From Rubripirellula sp. (lineage in GTDB: Bacteria > Planctomycetota > Planctomycetia > Pirellulales > Pirellulaceae): 64,000 bases of DNA. Made by a program: the position numbers and the translations under genes. The DNA lies in contig OZ244207.1 of NCBI GenBank assembly GCA_965216875.1, positions 384,001 through 448,000 of the forward strand, given 5' to 3'. This document shows, piece after piece, positions 61,190 to 64,000 of this stretch (the stretch's first letter is position 1; the number at the start of each line of letters is the position of its first letter). Below the pieces are notes generated by a model. The model saw only the letters and a list, made by a program, of their open reading frames with translations, had not been told where the DNA came from and made no database searches.

Positions 61190-61437
61190 ACCTCGCGACC
61201 ACGCTCCGCACCTCGTGACCACGCTCTGCGTGGTCACGCACTCCTCGGACGCTCCGCGTCCTCTTCGTAGGTCATGCTTCGCATGACAATCGTTTTCGCA
61301 TTGCACGCTGTTGAGAGTAGGGCCCGACGCTAGCGCGTTCGGCTCACAAGAGAAGCCAGAAGGTGGGTTGCTTTCCCACGCTCTGGCGAGCGTCGCTACG
61401 GTGAATGCGAGGCCCGACGCTAGCGCGTTCGGCTCAC
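61190..61437. repeat. Composite ~140-bp repeat (families D+E) plus family G
   Basis: 61210-61347 is nearly identical to 62898-63034 and 63120-63248. Confidence 0.88.
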
Positions 61438-61597
61438 GTTTGTCATCGGGCGGCGACCGATTTGTCGTCAAAGTGATTTCATTGCATCCGCCCGATGATT
61501 CGCTAATGACATCGGGTGCTCCGTTTTGTTAGTTCCTGATTGAAAGCAGCTTTGAGTGCCAAGGCTGCCCGCAACTAGGACATGACAAAACAGCCCC

Positions 61598-62881
61598 ATG
61601 AAACTTGCCCAGTTTCGTACATGCACCCACCGCGCCTGCATCCTCACAATCTCGCTTGTTCTTGGCGTTGTCACCGCGTCACTTGGCGCTGACGAACCCC
61701 TTTGGAAGCAGGGGATTTCAACTTGGAACGGCAGCAGCTACGACGAGCTGCTTGATGAACCTCCGGCGGTCACAACGAATTTGTCCGCACCCTTGCCGGT
61801 AGCCGAGCAGGAATTCGCGGCTCCCTTGGAACAGGAGGAGCATCCCGCGCTCGAGCAAACGCCACGATCCTCGTCACTTGGCAGCAAGCCGTACACCATT
61901 CCGGTTGATCCCAATTCGTGGACGCCGCAAACCGTTGGCACCATTGCCCTTCCCGCCAGTCTCCCTATTGGCCAGTCGGCAGTTGGGCTCGATCCACCGG
62001 TCAATGGCAAAGTCGCTACCGCAACCGAAGGCGAAGCCGTCCAAGCATTGCCCCCGCCTGTTGGCGATGCAGGTCCGGACGACATCGAACCTGATTCGGA
62101 TTTAAACGAAGCTGATTTATCGGCCGCAGGCCCGATCGGGGAAGCGATCGAAGCAGGTGACGGCGTCGTCGAGTCAGCCCCTTTGGAACCCGCGGTCGTG
62201 CGTTGGTACCAGTACCCCCAGCAATGGATGCGCGGTTGGGATTCGCATGCCGAATTTGGCATCGACGGAAGCGATGGGAACGCGACGACGCTGGCGATCC
62301 AAACCGGGCTAGAAATGAAGCGTAAGACGGATCGGTACACGCTTGCTCTCGATGTCGACTATCGCCAAGCGAGCAATCGCAAGACAACCGTCGAGGACAA
62401 TGGCCGATTCAACTTGGACTACGACCGCATCATGGGCGATTCGCCTTGGTCAGGATTTGGAAAGTTCGGACTCGAGTGGGACAAATTCAAAGCCTTTGAC
62501 TTGCGGGTGAACCTAAACGGTGGTCTTGGGTATCACTGGATCCGAACCGACCAAACCTCACTGGTCACGCGGTTTGGTGCCGGTGCCAACCAAGAGATCG
62601 GGGCGCCGAACGACGACTGGATCGCTGAAGCGGTCTTCGGTATTGAAGCCGAAAAGCAATTGACGGCTCGCCAAAAGATCAAGGGCAAGGTCGATTACTT
62701 CCCCGCTTGGGAAGACTTCGGCAACTTCCGCCTTGTCACCGACTTGGCTTGGGAAATCCTGCTCGATGGCAGTGAGAACCTGAGTCTGAAACTAGCAGCA
62801 ACCGATCGCTACGACAGCACACCTCAAGGCGCCGAACACAACGACATCTACTATTCATTGTTGTTGCTGTACAAGTTTTAG
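61598..62881 (+). CDS. DUF481-like outer-membrane beta-barrel protein with disordered N-terminal region
   Basis: W....EFGIDG.DGN, DRYDSTP, C-terminal YKF; signal peptide. Confidence 0.82.
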   Translation: MKLAQFRTCTHRACILTISLVLGVVTASLGADEPLWKQGISTWNGSSYDELLDEPPAVTTNLSAPLPVAEQEFAAPLEQEEHPALEQTPRSSSLGSKPYTIPVDPNSWTPQTVGTIALPASLPIGQSAVGLDPPVNGKVATATEGEAVQALPPPVGDAGPDDIEPDSDLNEADLSAAGPIGEAIEAGDGVVESAPLEPAVVRWYQYPQQWMRGWDSHAEFGIDGSDGNATTLAIQTGLEMKRKTDRYTLALDVDYRQASNRKTTVEDNGRFNLDYDRIMGDSPWSGFGKFGLEWDKFKAFDLRVNLNGGLGYHWIRTDQTSLVTRFGAGANQEIGAPNDDWIAEAVFGIEAEKQLTARQKIKGKVDYFPAWEDFGNFRLVTDLAWEILLDGSENLSLKLAATDRYDSTPQGAEHNDIYYSLLLLYKF

Positions 62882-62897
62882 AGGAGCGTGAGCTCAT

Positions 62898-63361
62898 ACC
62901 TCGTGACCACGCTCTGCGTGGTCACGCACTCTCGGACGCTCCGCGTCCTCTCCGAAGGTCATGCTTCGCATGACAATCGTTTTCGTATTGGACGCTGTTG
63001 AGAGTAAGGCCCGACGCTAGCGCGTTCGGCTCACTGCCCGTTCGTAGTCCAGCCTTTGGGCGGTACGTGAGAAGATTCCGGCTAAAGCTCGGTACTACGA
63101 ACTGCCGGCTCCAAAAATCACGACTCTCTGCGTGGTCACGCACTCTCGGACGCTCCGCGTCCTCTCCGAAGGTCATGCTTCGCAGGACAATCGTTTTCGT
63201 ATTGCGCGCTGTTGAGAGTAAGGCCCGACGCTAGCGCGTTCGGCTCACTGCCCGTTTGCAGTCCAGCCTTTGGACGCGGACCGTAGCTACCTTCGCCAGA
63301 AGGTGGTTTCCATTGGCCGACCATCTTCCACTATCACCACGCTCTGGCGAGCGTAGCTACG
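62898..63361. repeat. Mosaic repeat cluster (D+E+B, D+E+degenerate B, G doublet)
   Basis: Direct comparison with the other copies. Confidence 0.88.
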
Positions 63362-63374
63362 AAACTCGCTCGGC

Positions 63375-64000
63375 TTACAAGACATCGTCGCGATTGCGTT
63401 CTTTTAGCGCCGCGACGGCTTCCCGAACTCGTTCTTCAGCATGCTTGGGCGCGACAAGTGTTGCATCATCGGTGTGGACGATGATCAGATCTTCTACATC
63501 GATGGTGACGATCGCGTGTGATGAGTCACCGTGGACAATGCAGCCGCGTGTGTCGATGCCAATGTGGCTTCCCACGACCGTGTTCCCAGCCTCATCGTGT
63601 GGATGGAGACGCGAGAGTGCCTGCCAACTGCCGACATCGTCCCATGGAAATGGAGCTTCGATCACGACCACATTTGGATAGTCTTCCATGACGGCATAGT
63701 CGATCGACTTGCCCTTGATCGCCGTGAACTCTGTTTCAAGTGTTTCGGCAAATTGATCGCTTCCCATCGCATCGGCGATGTTCGCGATGTGAGCGTGCAT
63801 GTCCGATTCGTTCTTTGCGAGCGCGTCGAGAATTGTCGATGCACGCCACAGGAAGATGCCGCTGTTCCAATAGAAGGTTCCTGCAGCGAGGTATTCTTCG
63901 GCCGTCTTGCGGTTTGGTTTTTCACGAAACTTCTCAACCGAAAACGCGGCAGTGCCGGTTGCCGAGATGCCGTCGCCACGTTGGATGTACCCGAACGATT
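63375..64000 (-). CDS. manC: Mannose-1-phosphate guanylyltransferase (5'-truncated by the window edge)
   Basis: FGYI, F.EKP, YWNSGIF, SIDYAVME, WDDVGSW. Confidence 0.93.
   Translation of the reverse strand, partial: SFGYIQRGDGISATGTAAFSVEKFREKPNRKTAEEYLAAGTFYWNSGIFLWRASTILDALAKNESDMHAHIANIADAMGSDQFAETLETEFTAIKGKSIDYAVMEDYPNVVVIEAPFPWDDVGSWQALSRLHPHDEAGNTVVGSHIGIDTRGCIVHGDSSHAIVTIDVEDLIIVHTDDATLVAPKHAEERVREAVAALKERNRDDVL

Noticed and set aside
62922..63324. Short similar ORFs (SEPNALASG...) here and at 60815-61471
   Set aside because: They are translations of the composite DNA repeat, not a protein family.

Overview
Ordinary chromosomal window from a planctomycete, probably Pirellulaceae (Rhodopirellula/Stieleria-like). 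That placement rests on the DUF1559 prepilin-like gene beside an ECF sigma/FecR pair and a PVC-type EF-Tu switch I region. There are about 45 CDS: msrA, rsmD, lysC and apgM, an mnmE-like GTPase, cysC, rpsO-pnp, nagA/nagB, nrfHA, alpha-2-macroglobulin, a partial manC, a Ter-stress-type cluster (HAD, StiP, citrate-lyase-like, Na/Ca exchanger, two TerB), and a zincin + ATP-grasp pair. I saw no rRNA, tRNA, CRISPR array or transposase. Intergenic spaces carry at least 7 families of REP-like palindromic repeats. The most interesting signal is a stand-alone, divergent EF-Tu paralogue (6952-8145, minus strand) with substitutions in its amino-acid/antibiotic-binding pocket. It is preceded by an apparent ribosome-sensing attenuator: a 27-codon Ser-rich uORF containing a near-exact copy of the 3' arm of the intrinsic terminator just downstream. 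All assignments come from motif recognition by eye; no database searches were run.
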